64,000 nucleotides of DNA from assembly GCA_951406725.2 (NCBI GenBank), contig OX597841.1, forward strand, positions 15,686,001-15,750,000, read 5' to 3'. Below, piece by piece: positions 1 to 13,212 of the stretch. Every line of letters starts with the position of its first letter. Position 1 is the first letter of the stretch. Under the pieces are notes generated by a model that saw only the letters and a program-made list of their open reading frames with translations, searched no databases and was not told the DNA's origin. Source of the stretch: Octopus vulgaris. Lineage: Eukaryota. A program made the position numbers and the translations under genes.

Positions 1-164
1 TCGTATCTTTATTTCTTCTTTTGCTGGTGTCTCAAATTTAGGCTAAATCAGTGTTTCTCAAAGGAGAGGCCGATGGGACGGTCGGAAAAGTTGTTTTGAG
101 AAAATTTGGTTTAACTGTTTGACAACTCAACACCGTCCATTGGACGGGTGGGGCGTTTTGCTCG

Positions 165-210
<46 letters not shown>

Positions 211-526
211 CTGGAAATGACCAGCACCAGTGCTAGAAATAGGTGTCACATACCTACAATCCACTCTACAAATTGTTCTCTATATTCATTATATATATAT
301 ATGTACATATATATATATGCATGTATATATATGTATTTACATATACATGTGTGAATGTGTGTGTAGAGGGAATATATATATATGCAAATACACCCAGACA
401 CACAGACACACAGACACATATATATGAATATGGACAGAGAGAAAGTGAGAGAGATACGCATACATGCACCTATTCATCGATTCATACATAGAGATATATA
501 CACACCCACAACACACATACATATCA

Positions 527-592
<66 letters not shown>

Positions 593-1000
593 GCACGCAC
601 GCACACGCACGCACATACCCCACACCAAGCTAATCCGCTTTCGATTCTTGCCAAAACAGGTGTTCTGCCGTAAGCTACTTTAAGCTCGGCTAAGTCGAAC
701 TATTTTTCTCAATGACTTTTGTGAGGATGTCTTAATAGTATTAAATACGTCGTCTTCTGCTAGCTCATTCATTCATTCATACATTCTTTCATTCTTTCGT
801 TCATTCATTCTTTTATAAATTCATCGTTTTAGTTAAACCTCTAACACGGTCGGTCATTCAGTAAAAACGTCTCGTTCACTTATTTTTTCTTTCTTTTTAA
901 TTTTGCCCGTCGTTCAGTTTGGATAACGAATAACCTCGCATACTTTTATCTATTTCCGACAGGCAAAAAAGCGTATTCATAAAACTATACAAACTATACA

Positions 1001-1183
1001 GGCGCAGGAGTGGCTGTGTGGTAAGTAGCTTGCTAACCAACCACATTGTTCCGGGTTCAGTCCCCCTGCGTGGCATCTTGAGCAAGTGTCTTCTGCTATA
1101 GCCTCGGGCCAACCAATGCCTTGTGAGTGGATTTGGTAGACGGAAACTGAAAGAAGCCTGTCGTATATATGTATATATATATG

Positions 1184-1218
<35 letters not shown>

Positions 1219-1440
1219 GTATGTTTGTGTGTCTGTGTTTGTCCCCCTAGCATTGCTTGACAACCGATGCTGGTGTGTTTATGTCCCCGTTACTTAGCGG
1301 TTCGGCAAACGAGACCGATAGAATAAGTACTGGGCTTACAAAAGAATAAGTCCCGGGGTCGAGTTTCTCGATTAAAGGCGGTGCTTCAGCATGGCCGCAG
1401 TCAAATGACTGAAACAAGTAAAAGAATAAAAGAATAAAGA
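1001..1440 (+). mobile_element. Full-length tRNA-derived SINE (family A; probably one of the octopus OR-type/CORE-like SINEs)
   Basis: Head with A-box-like TGGCTGTGTGG and B-box-like GGGTTCAGTCC, a CORE-like segment (CTTGAGCAAGTGTCTT), an internal (TA)n(TG)n tract, and a tail GGTGCTTCAGCATGGCCGCAGTCAAATGACTGAAAC followed by AAAAGAAT-type repeats. Many near-identical copies occur in the window. Confidence 0.92.
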
Positions 1441-1815
1441 CTGACATATCCTGAACTATTGAATTTAATTTAATTTTACTTGTGCGGCGCTGTTAGGCAT
1501 CAGTCGATAGCTTTAACGTTATCTGCATATATATCTCAGACCATCGATTCGAACTAAATTTTCAATTAGGAGCACCTCTGATAATTTTTTTGATGTCACG
1601 TATTTGAGGCCAACGATTTAAATTCATTTCGCGGTAACTCAGGTATAGAGTGCTGAAGAGCTGAAATAACAGCAAAACATTGAACTCCATCATTGTGTGT
1701 GTGTATGTGTCACTAACGAGTTGATTCGTTTCGCCTGGTTTTGGCACATTTAGGGTTTTTTTCAACACTCGACGTCTTAAAGCAGGGGTTCTCAACCATC
1801 TTTTTTTTTTTTTTT

Positions 1816-2346
1816 AGGAAAATTACTATTTTTAAATCTCACAACGAGAGATATTCAGCAACAGTACTTTGGAGTAAAGATTGTTTGCCAACATAACATG
1901 GCAGTCCTGGTTTAGGACGAATGTTGCTGTAATTTAGCCCAGGGAGACATCGTCTCCAGCTGGCTATATGACGCAATCTGTGTCCTTATATTTTTCAATA
2001 AAGGAATCTAGCACCCCCACTCAGCTGAAAACTATATCTGTGTATCGTGATTTCTGGGTTATTTCCCTTCATCAGCACAGAATAATTGTTTGGCTAGAGG
2101 CGGCGCTGCCAAATTCTCATTCGAAATATATAGTTTTCAAAGTGACAACTAGTCACTGATTTATAAATTAGAAAATTACTATTTTTAAATCTCACAACGA
2201 GAGATATTCAGCAACAGTACGTTGGAGTAAAGATTGCTTGCCAACATAATATGGCAGTCCTGGTTTAGGACGAATGTTGCTGTAATTTAGCCCAGGGAGA
2301 CATCGTCTCCAGCTAACAGATCGTATAGCCAGCTGGAGACGATGTA
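1816..2346 (-). mobile_element. Penelope-type pLTR-like element: about 1.4 tandem units (period about 353 bp) plus a short inverted tail
   Basis: 1816-1960 recurs at 2169-2313. 2325-2346 is the reverse complement of ACATCGTCTCCAGCTGGCTATA. It contains a hammerhead motif, and a related copy lies at about 27790-27985. Confidence 0.65.
2037..2081 (-). ncRNA. Minimal type I hammerhead ribozyme motif
   Basis: Minus strand reads TCTGTG-CTGATGA-AGGG AAATAA CCCA-GAAA-TCACGA-TA-CACAGA: a perfect 6-bp stem I, canonical core, and short stems II and III. Confidence 0.75.
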
Positions 2347-2557
2347 GCCACCCGTTTCTTGCAATAAACATCAATACTTACATCTAAAGCAAAATTTCTT
2401 CAGGAATCCTTAAATACCCTTGTATTTACTATTTTATTACTTGGATTCTGTCCCAGAATCTTATATGGATCCCGGATGACAACCGCTGTCTTACAGGAAT
2501 GATTCCCTGGGACGAAATCCCGCAGCTAACATACTCATGAACCAAACACATACATTT

Positions 2558-2756
2558 CGTTTTTGGATTTGGTTTGCAAGATTCTTTATATGAGTTCGTG
2601 TGTTGAAGCATTTCTGTTGTGTCTGGGGAGAGTCATTTTCTTTTTGTGCCTTATTGTGTAACACACTCACTTGTAAAATTTCCGTTTATTTCTTATTTTT
2701 ATTTAAAAAATTTTCGTTGCATCTTGCAACCTTAAAGCACAAAAAGAAAATGAACC
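2558..2756 (-). mobile_element. Short Penelope-like fragment with inverted tail, flanked by a 16-bp direct repeat
   Basis: CCAAACACATACATTT occurs at 2542-2557 and 2757-2772. The tail GCACAAAAAGAAAATGA is the inverse of an internal segment. A second copy lies at 10869-11112. Confidence 0.55.
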
Positions 2757-2837
2757 CCAAACACATACATTTAAGTATCTAACATTGCTAATGCTTTCAT
2801 CATCAAAGCTGTTTGATATTCAACATTTCATACAAAC

Positions 2838-3660
2838 ATTATGGCTGCCCCCTCGTTATCGAGTATGTCCATTGCACGAAGCTTAACTGTTACTGGTGCT
2901 GTGATCGAATGTGACTTTTTAGCCCAGCTAAAGATCTACAATGTCTTGTACAGAATTGGGAGCTAAAACCTTTACCGGTAAAAAGCTGGCTGTAGTTGTA
3001 ACTGGGCTTCATGTAGCTTACGGATGTCCTGTTTGGATGCCGTATCCCTGGAGATTACATCAGGGTAGGAGAGTGTGCGCCCTCTGGCATTGCGAGTAGA
3101 TGGCTTCCAGAGGAGAAGAGTAGAAATTGCCTCGTTTTCAGCTCTACAACAATGTCCAGCAAACTGGACTCTCTTACCTTTCACAAGAGATGACACAGGT
3201 GGTAGTTTCCCATATATTTGCATTTTGGTTGGATGACGCTTCCACGAGAGATTTTGAGCTCTCATAAGGAGGCGAGTGTAGGTTCCATCCAACCGCCTCT
3301 CAAGCTTCTTTGATAACGTCCAGGTTTCTGAGCCATAGAGTAGAATTGGTTCGACTGTGGCTTTGAAGATTTCAAGTTTGAAGTCTCTACTTTTGGCAAC
3401 CAAAACCTTTACTGGTAATAGCCGTCTGTAGTTGTAACTGGGCTTCATATAGCTTTGAATGTCGTTTAAGTCCTCCTGCCGAATTACACTCTCTTCCAGA
3501 TGCCCGACAGATATGATTAGTATGGTGTGACCAGGTTGTCACTCATCTGTCTCGTTTTATGACTATGAAGATGACTCTTGAGTCCAGCTTTACTGAGACA
3601 GGGTCTTGCACAGACACTGCATGTCAGCATCATAGGGAAGACCCTTCCCTTCTGGAAGTG
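2838..3660 (-). mobile_element. Decayed RTE-clade LINE 3' end with three C2H2 zinc-finger remnants, interrupted by an RTE RT fragment
   Basis: Minus-strand translation with frameshifts gives CSVCARPCLSKAGLKSHLHSH, ICRASGRECNSAGGLKRHSKL(Y/H) and FSSQFCTRHCRSLAGLKSHIRSQH*. The 3' tail is shared with the element at 36032-36450. Confidence 0.65.
3040..3395 (-). mobile_element. RTE-clade LINE reverse-transcriptase C-terminal fragment
   Basis: IFKATVEPILLYGSETWTLSKKLERRLDGTYTRLLMRAQNLSWKRH...RVQFAGHC. The LLYGSETW and FAGH motifs are typical of RTE ORFs. Confidence 0.9.
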
Positions 3661-3959
3661 TAACAGCGATGCCCTTCCTGACACACTAACACACGTCTGT
3701 ATTCATACGAAATACTCTCACACGGTGAACTCTTAAGTGTTACTTTTAACAAGTTGAATGACCGCAGAGGTGGATGTATGTTCTACATTAACGTCTGTTG
3801 TCGCTGATTTTACATATTCTTCCGACGTAATCGATCGCCTGATATTCCTTTAATTAATTATTATGTAATTAGAAAAAACGAAATTGCAGCGAATTATCAC
3901 GGCAAATAATTATTGTATTAGCAAATTGATATCACACCATTTTTGTTATTTCTCATATT

Positions 3960-4512
3960 CTTCTCTTAATGCTTTCTTCATCTTTCTTTTTTTCCTCTTC
4001 TTCGACCATTCTGTGTTTCTATCGGTTTCTTTTACTGTCTGTCTGTCTGTCTCTCTCTTTCTCTCTCTTTCTCTCACTCGCTGTCCCTTTTTCTCTTTCT
4101 CTCTCACGCTATCTCTCTCTCTTTCTCTCTCTCCCGTTCTCTGCCCTTCTCTCTTTCCCTTTTTCTCTCTCCCTCTCTCTTTCGCTCTCTCTCTCTCGCT
4201 CTCTTTCTCTCTCTCTCTCTTTCTCTCACTTTCTTTCTCTCTCTCCCTTTTTCTCTCACCGGCTCTTTCCTCCTTTCTTTCTTTCTTTCTCTCTCTCTTT
4301 CTCTCTCTCCCTTTCTCTCCCGTTCTCTCTCTCCCTTTCTCTCTCTCCCTCTCTCTTTCGCTGTCTCTCTCTCGCTCTCTTTCACTCTCTCTTTCTCTCA
4401 CTTTCTTTCTCTCTCTCCTTTTTTCTCTCACCGTCTCTTTCTCTCTCTCTCTTTCTCTCTCTCCCTTTCTCACTCTCCTTCTCTCTTTCTCTCCTTCCCC
4501 TTTTCTCTCTTT
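3960..4512. repeat. CT-rich polypyrimidine low-complexity tract
   Basis: Degenerate (CT)n/(CTTT)n over about 550 bp. Confidence 0.95.
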
Positions 4513-4642
4513 CGTTAGCACATATTCTCCGTCATGCTTCCAAACTACCAGCTTCCGGGGTAAGCAATCAAAATGAATCGGTCCTCAAGCAATGTAGAGG
4601 TGCATACACAAACAGTATATACATATATATGTATGTATATAT

Positions 4643-5032
4643 TTGCCCCAACCACATGGTTCCGGGTTCAGTCCCACTGCGTGTCACCGTTAGCAAGGGT
4701 CATCTACTATAGCCTCGAGCTGACCAAACCCTTGTGAGTGGATTTGGTAGACGGAAACTGAAAGAAGCCCGTCGTGTATATATATGTACGCATGTATGTA
4801 AGTATGTATGTAAGTATGTATTTGTGTGTCTGTGTTTGTCCCCCAACATCGCTTGACAACCGATGTTGGTGTGTTTACGTCCCCGTAACTTAGCGGTTCG
4901 GCAAAAGATATCGATAGAATAAGCACTAGGCTTACAAAAAAATAAGTCCATGTGGGGGGGGTCGATTTGTTCGACTAAATGGCGGTGCTGAAGCATGGCC
5001 GCAGTCAAAAATGACTGAAGCAAATAAAAGAA
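4643..5032 (+). mobile_element. SINE family A, 5'-truncated
   Basis: Colinear with 1001-1440 from CCAACCACATGGTTCCGGG to the tail. Confidence 0.9.
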
Positions 5033-5042
5033 TGTGTGTATA

Positions 5043-5087
<45 letters not shown>

Positions 5088-5320
5088 GTGTGTGTGTGTG
5101 TGTGTAGGAATGTGTCACGTGTGTGATTAAGTCCATGCGTGCGCATCTGCAAATCCTGGAACGCCAGGTGAATAAAGTTAGATATAAACGCACCTACCCC
5201 TACCCCACCCGCCACAACTCTTACACAAACCCATAGCTGTCTGTCTGTCTGTCTTCCCCCACTCCACCCCCGTCTCTCGTTCCTACTATCATGTGCTCTC
5301 CTTTCCATTTGTATGTGTAT

Positions 5321-6690
<1,370 letters not shown>

Positions 6691-6769
6691 TGTCGTGCAC
6701 TAAGAGGTCACCTAGACAGATATCTCCGCATACCTGACATATTTACAGCGCCTTCATTCGTTACTTGCC

Positions 6770-6941
6770 GCAACCACCACCACCACCACCACCACCACCA
6801 CCACCCGTCGCCGTCTTTTACCTGGAATTAAGGGCAGTAGCAGTATCGTCATCATCATCATCAGTAGTAGTAGTAGTAGTGGTGGTAGTAGTAGTAGCAG
6901 TAGTAGTAGAAGTAGTAGTGGTAATTGTGGTGGTGGTTGTG

Positions 6942-7005
<64 letters not shown>

Positions 7006-7385
7006 AAGTAGTAGTAGTAGAAGTAGTAGTAGTAGAAGTAGTAGCAGTTGTTGTGGTGGTAGTGAGGATGGCGGTGGTAGCAGTGGTTGTAGTAGTAGTA
7101 TTGGTGATGGTGGTGATAGTAGTAGTAGTAGTGGTGATAGTTGTGGTAGTAGTTTTAGTGGTGGTGGTGGTGGTAGTAGTAGTAGTAGTAGTACTAGTGG
7201 GTGTGGTGGTGGTATTGGTAGTAGTATTAGTAATCGTAGCAGTGTTAGTGGTGGTAGTGGTAGTGGTGGTGGTGAAGGTTGTAGTAGTGGTGGTGGTATT
7301 GGTAGTAGTAGTAGTAGTAATCGTAGCAGCGTTAGTGGAGGTAGTGGTGGAGTTGCTGCTGTTGCTGCTACTACTATTGCTATTG
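6770..7385. repeat. Degenerate trinucleotide tract (CCA)n/(GTA)n/(GTG)n
   Basis: Directly visible. It produces the poly-Val ORF. Confidence 0.9.
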
Positions 7386-7471
7386 CTCTTTCGCTGTGAT
7401 GGTATAGGCTACAGTGGTTCTGCTGGTGGTGCGCTAGCAGTGGTGCTGTAGGCCGCGGTCATACTGGAGCA

Positions 7472-7595
7472 CTTGAACTCATAAAACAAAATATGCCGAA
7501 TATGCTCCTTTGTCACTTCCATTGTAGCTTTGAAAAAGAAAAGCCGTTTTAATCAAACTGCACTCTTCAAAACTTGCACTAAGAATATGGACATA
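7472..7595 (-). mobile_element. Mariner transposase N-terminal fragment with 5' leader
   Basis: ATG at 7522 reads MEVTKEHIRHILFYEFK, resembling the start of the mariner HTH (HIRHxLLYEF). It is truncated by a SINE-tail-like fragment. Confidence 0.75.
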
Positions 7596-8194
7596 GTGGT
7601 CATTTGCAAACTCCAGAGGTGACACTTTCATTTTCCCTAAGCCCTCGCGTCACAAAGTTTTTAATGTTTGAGTTGGGTCGCGCCCTTCCCATTGCTATAG
7701 ATCCGTAATGCATCTTACGGCTGTACCTGTCACCTGTATGGTGAGGAATCCTTCATTGGGGAGTGGTAACGACTAAGGTAGGGTAGCTGACTGCTTATTG
7801 TGATCATTCGTCTTTTGGTTTCCTGTAGCTTTGCTCCGTTTTACAAACCCAGCGAACATATATTTCCTATTTCAAAGAAATTCGAACAATACATATAAAA
7901 TTCAAGTTAAAAAGATTCTCAAAAATTCAACTTCAATAAGGGCCTTAACTCCCACATTTTAGAGCTCCTTGGCATCCATTTTTCAGGAGCAAAATCCATT
8001 TAACAGGTTCTATAAGACTGGACTTTTTGAATCTACGCATTAAGATCAGTAGTATGGGAAACATGTGTCATGATTACAATTTTTTTAGGGTGCGTACAGA
8101 GGGAAAGAAACCTCATCTGTAATTTTGATGAAATTCGAAACATAGGTGTTCCAGTTCATTACAGAAAATATAACAGAAAAGTCTAAGTCTTCAA

Positions 8195-8232
8195 TTGCAT
8201 GTAACACGAGCAAGGCTGGGTATCTCTGCTAG
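8195..8232 (+). mobile_element. Helitron 3' terminus (degenerate)
   Basis: CACGAGCAAGGCTGGGTATCTCTGCTAG|T resembles the 3' ends at 34660 and 43107 (hairpin remnant plus CTAG). The 5' boundary was not determined. Confidence 0.55.
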
Positions 8233-8293
<61 letters not shown>

Positions 8294-8401
8294 ATATATA
8301 TATATATGTAAGTATGTATTTATATGTAAGTATGTATGTATATATATATATACAAATATACAAATATATATCTATATATCTATAAATATACAAATATACA
8401 A

Positions 8402-8473
<72 letters not shown>

Positions 8474-8577
8474 ATATATATATATATGTAAGTATGTATT
8501 TATATGTAAGTATGTATGTATATATATATATACAAATATACAAATATATATCTATATATCTATAAATATACAAATAT

Positions 8578-8640
<63 letters not shown>
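8233..8640. repeat. (TA)n-rich block with an internal 180-bp tandem duplication
   Basis: 8281-8460 is nearly identical to 8461-8640. Confidence 0.9.
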
Positions 8641-8641
<1 letters not shown>

Positions 8642-8761
8642 GACGGGCTTCTTTTAGTTTCCGTATACCAAATCCACGCACAATTCCTTGGTCGGTCGGA
8701 GGCTATAATAGAAGACAACTGCCCAATGTACTACGCACACACACACAGACATACGCACAAC

Positions 8762-8855
<94 letters not shown>

Positions 8856-8905
8856 TATTCATATGTATGTATATATAGCTATATATATATATATATATAT
8901 AACAA

Positions 8906-8948
8906 AACTGCCCGACGAATGGGAACGTGAAACTCTGAGTAACAGCTT
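8906..8948 (+). ncRNA. Degenerate minimal hammerhead motif in a Penelope-like remnant within (TA)n
   Basis: CTGC-CCGACGA-ATG GGAA CGT-GAAA-CTC T GAG-TA-ACAG. Stem I is partly mismatched. A related fragment (CTCAGAGTTTCAC) lies at about 27679. Confidence 0.55.
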
Positions 8949-9023
8949 TTATATTTCTGCTGCTTTTAAATTAAGTATATATATATATGTATGTATATAC
9001 ACACGCACACACACACACACACG

Positions 9024-9096
<73 letters not shown>

Positions 9097-9799
9097 GGCG
9101 ATATATATATATATATGTACATACGTATGCGCACATATAGACACGTGTATACATGCATATATGTACATAGAAATTTAAACTTATACATGTATACACATAT
9201 GTATATGTATATATATATATATATTTATATACACACGCATATACGCACGCAGATGGCCACGTTCCAATTTGGGCGTCAATGCCAAGTTAAGCAATTCTAT
9301 ATTTCTTGAGCTGAATGCTGAAAACTGAGCGAAGGAAGACTCTAGAAAAACCAAAAACAAAAGACAACACCAGCGCCCTCTAACGTTCATCGCAGAGTCT
9401 CTGTTATAGCGGAAACCAATTGATCATGTGTGGAGACAATATATCGTTCCACATGAGAGAATTCTTTGGTCTGGCCTGGTTTAAAAGTGCAACAGAACCT
9501 GGTGAGGTAATAGTTTCGTACATGCTATTATTGGCTGGTTTCAGTCGGACGGTGTGGCTTTTAGCTTTGTCAATACAGCGACAGGGCATGCGTTCCTACT
9601 TGCGTGCGTACGTGTATGTGTGTGTATGTGTGTGTGTGTTTGTGTCCCTCTCTGTCACCGTAAGCACACACACACACGCGCATACAAACACACACATCAT
9701 ATGGATATATGTATGCATATATATATATATATATATACACACACATATATATGTATATACACATATACACATATATATCTATATACACATATACACATA

Positions 9800-10220
9800 T
9801 ATATATAAGTTCAGCAACAATTTAGATTCAAATGAATATGGTACTTAATTTAGATGCACCAGAATTTTGTATGGTGTTATCCATAAAAATTTGCGGGGTG
9901 ATTATAATGAAAATAAGCAACAAGAATGACTCCGGTTATTTGGTACGATCGTTTCGCACTACATCATTTTATTAAAAGTTTTAAGTATTACAGCAGATTT
10001 AAGATGCTAAGTGCATCTTAAATCTGCTGTAATACTTAAAACTTTTAATAAAATGATGTAGTGCGAAACGATCGTACCAAATAACCGGAGTCATTCTTGT
10101 TGCTTATTTTCATTATAATCACCCCGCAAATTTTTATGGATAACACCATACAAAATTCTGGTGCATCTAAATTAAGTACCATATTCATTTGAATCTAAAT
10201 TGTTGCTGAACTTATATATA
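9800..10220. repeat. Perfect inverted repeat, 208-bp arms, 5-nt spacer
   Basis: 9800-10007 is the reverse complement of 10013-10220, with loop TAAGT. Confidence 0.97.
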
Positions 10221-10221
10221 A

Positions 10222-10552
10222 AGGGGGTAAAGACCCCCTTCGGTCATGAATGACCATGGGATTGCACCTAGAAAGTTACCCTCCTAGACACAAGTCCGGG
10301 CAAGGTTGTTTATGGAAGACCAGCAGTCGCCCATGCATACCGGCCTCCCCTCTCCACGCCACCAGTGTTATCCAATGGAAAGACAAAGGTCGATACAGCT
10401 TGGCACCAGTGACGTTGCAACTCATTTCTACAGCTGAGTGAACTGGAGCAACGTGGAATAAAGTGCCTTGCTCAAGAACACAACACGCAGCCCGGTCCGG
10501 GATTCGAGCTCACAACCTCACGATCGTAAGCTCGACGCTCTGACCACTGAGC

Positions 10553-10556
<4 letters not shown>
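10222..10556 (-). mobile_element. tRNA-derived SINE (family C)
   Basis: Minus-strand head GTGGCTCAGTGGTCAGAGCGTC...GCTCGAATCCC (A/B boxes), followed by TGTGTTCTTGAGCAAGGCACTT...CACTCAGCTG, which is shared with 30184-30435. Confidence 0.85.
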
Positions 10557-10609
<53 letters not shown>

Positions 10610-10663
10610 GTGTATATACATATATATGTGTGTGTGTGTATATATATATGTATATATATATAT

Positions 10664-10815
10664 GCGCAGGTGGGGTTGTGTGGTAGGAAGCTTGCTTACC
10701 AACCACATGGTTCCGGGTTCAGTCCCACTGCGTGGAACCTTGGGCAAGTGTCTTCCACTATAGCCTCGGATCTTGTGAGTGGATTTGGTAGACGGAAACT
10801 GAAAGAAGACCGTCG
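10664..10815 (+). mobile_element. SINE family A, left half
   Basis: Runs from the head to GAAACTGAAAGAAG and ends in (TA)n. Confidence 0.88.
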
Positions 10816-10818
10816 TCT

Positions 10819-10868
<50 letters not shown>

Positions 10869-11112
10869 TTTTGGGATTTGGTTTGCAAGATTCTTTATAT
10901 GAGTTCGTGTGTAGAAGCATATTCTGTTGTGTCTGAGGAGAGTCATTTTCTTTTTGTGTCTTATAATGTAACACACTCATCGGTAAAATTTCCACTTTTT
11001 TCTTATTTTTATTTTCTTAAAATTTTCGTTGCGTCTTGCAGCCTTTTCAATAGTCTGGACTCTGTCCGTTATTTAAGGCACAAAAAGAAAATGCCTCTCC
11101 CCAGACACAACA
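10869..11112 (-). mobile_element. Short Penelope-like fragment with inverted tail and atypical hammerhead-like motif
   Basis: Homologous to 2558-2756. Minus strand has TTGAAAA-GGCTGC AAGAC GCAAC-GAAA. An inverted copy of an internal segment lies at about 11076-11112. Confidence 0.5.
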
Positions 11113-11116
11113 GTAT

Positions 11117-11166
<50 letters not shown>

Positions 11167-11217
11167 TTATATGTGTATGTATTTTTGTGTTAGCGTTTGT
11201 CCCTTCACCTCGACATT

Positions 11218-11660
11218 TTTCTTTATTTTTAAAGCATTCGCTCGTTACAAGGTCCTTAGACCACTGAAAACGTAAGAGCTTCTAGAATAAAATGGACGCT
11301 GGACAGAAGTCAAAAGGTGACGATGGACATTGGACTTAAAAGACTCGAGGAGGTCATATTGAAGAAGAAAACAAGACTGTGGAAGGGAATTCTAGAGTTC
11401 AGAGGTGCGAGGGAAGAAACCGGTACTGTAAAGAGCTTTACTACATTTAGGAGGCTGCACAGTATACTGCTGAGAACTGGATGCAAGTCTAGTTGATCGC
11501 TGATAAGTTCTTAAAGGAGGAACAAGGGAAGAGAGGTCAGCTGAACAATGGCCATGGAAATACTTATAGAAAAGGGACAAGGAAGCCACACGACGACGAT
11601 GAGAGAGCGAATCCAATTTAGAAGATAGATCAGGACCAATAGATTTACAGAGTCTATCCA
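11218..11660 (-). mobile_element. Jockey/L2/CR1-group LINE ORF2 3' end
   Basis: LDSLSHRRRVASLSLFYKYFHGHCS...FFPRTSEL*NSLP (decayed FFPRT..LWNSLP motif), followed by an A-rich 3' end. Confidence 0.88.
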
Positions 11661-12062
11661 ACAGTGCTGTTAAGTTAGACAGGACCAAGGCCAACATTTG
11701 GCCCAATCATTTCTGAGTTTATCTAAATTCATGTTCCATACGTCATCGACGCTACTATCCCGCGTGGATACGCCAAAGGAAAGGATACAATTATACCAGG
11801 AATATCCATTCATAGAATTTAGCAGTTTTCATGAAAATGAAAATATCAATATTTCCCAAAATAAAATCTTGGCAGCTGCTGAACGAAATTTTGGAAAACT
11901 GAAGAACACAGAAAGAAAAGAAAAAAGCGGAAGTAGATGTTGGCAGCTGCGGTTCTGTATTGCTCGTGGCCAATTTTATGTTGAATTTTTAAGAATTGGA
12001 AACATCACTCCTGTAATCTTTTGTTTATTCTTTGCGGATAAATTTTTTTTTTTAAGTATCTA

Positions 12063-12481
12063 GGCGCAGGAGTGGCCGTGTGGTAAGTAGCTTGCTAACC
12101 AACCACATGGTTCCGGGTTCAGTCCCACTGCGTGGCATCTTGGGCAAGTGTCTTCTGCTATAGCCCCGGGCCGACCAATGCCTTGTGAGTGGATTTGGTA
12201 GACGGAAACTGAAAGAAGCCCATCGTATATATGTATATATATATATGTATGTGTGTGTGTTTGTGTGTCTGTGTTTTTCCCCCTAGCATCGCTTGACAAC
12301 AGATGCTGGTGTGTTTATGTCCCCGTAACTTAGCGGTTCGGCAAAAGGGACCGATAGAATAAGTACTGGGCTTACAAAAAGAATAAGTCCCGGGGTCGAT
12401 TTGCTCGATTAAAGGCGGTGCTCCAGCATGGCCGCAGTCAAATGACTGAAACAAGTAAAAGAGTAAAAGAGTAAAGAGTAA
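12063..12481 (+). mobile_element. SINE family A, full length
   Basis: Colinear with 1001-1440. Confidence 0.93.
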
Positions 12482-13176
12482 GGCAGAACGCTGGCAGAAT
12501 GCTTGGCAGCACTTCGTCCTCTCTTACGGCAGTTCGTTCGCTCTGGGTTCAAATTCTAACGGATTTTGTGTGTTTCTTAAATGGCTTATAATCACCTTCC
12601 ACGCTGCAATTGTTTTCGTTCCAGCACACGATCTCAGATCAGGTCACTTGCTATGCAAGTACATCTCCGTAATTTGGTAATGTTCTTTGTTTAAAAAAGT
12701 CTTGTCGTGCGTGTGGTGGCTGGCCTTTGTTGTTTTGTTGGGGGGGGGGGGGTTACAAGAATGTGTGTTGTGAGGAATTGCTTAAAAATGCATTCAGCAC
12801 AATTATTCCAAAAGGAAGGAGTTTGCACGAAGGAGAAACATTACCGCGTATGTCAGAGGAATGAGGCAGGATTCAAGATCGTTTGTGTCTTTCATTGGAG
12901 CGAAGCACTTCCGTCTTTCAGTTCCGTATTTGTCAGCAGGTGGTCTCGGTTGTTCCGTTCTCGAAGAGATGGGTTCTCGAGTGCATCCGTGGTTATTATG
13001 CCTTTCCCCATTCGCGATTAGGCGTATGATTTCTAAAGCTTCCTGGAGGATATCTTTAAGTTCTTCAAGGAATACGGGAAGGCCTATGGGGGTGGGGACC
13101 GGGCAGGCGGGCAGGCGACGATTATATATCTTCATTCGGATTGTACTGGAGCTCAACATTATTTTAAGAGGATACA

Positions 13177-13212
<36 letters not shown>

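Noticed and set aside
49-1800. hAT-like terminal motifs CAGTGTTTCTCAAA (49) and CAGGGGTTCTCAAC (1783)
   Set aside because: No matching opposite terminus or TSD was found, and the motifs are too short to call elements.
6822-7410. Possible minus-strand Thr/Ser-rich exon ending at CAG|GTAAAA
   Set aside because: No convincing acceptor. The content is a degenerate (ACT/ACC)n tract adjoining TE fragments.
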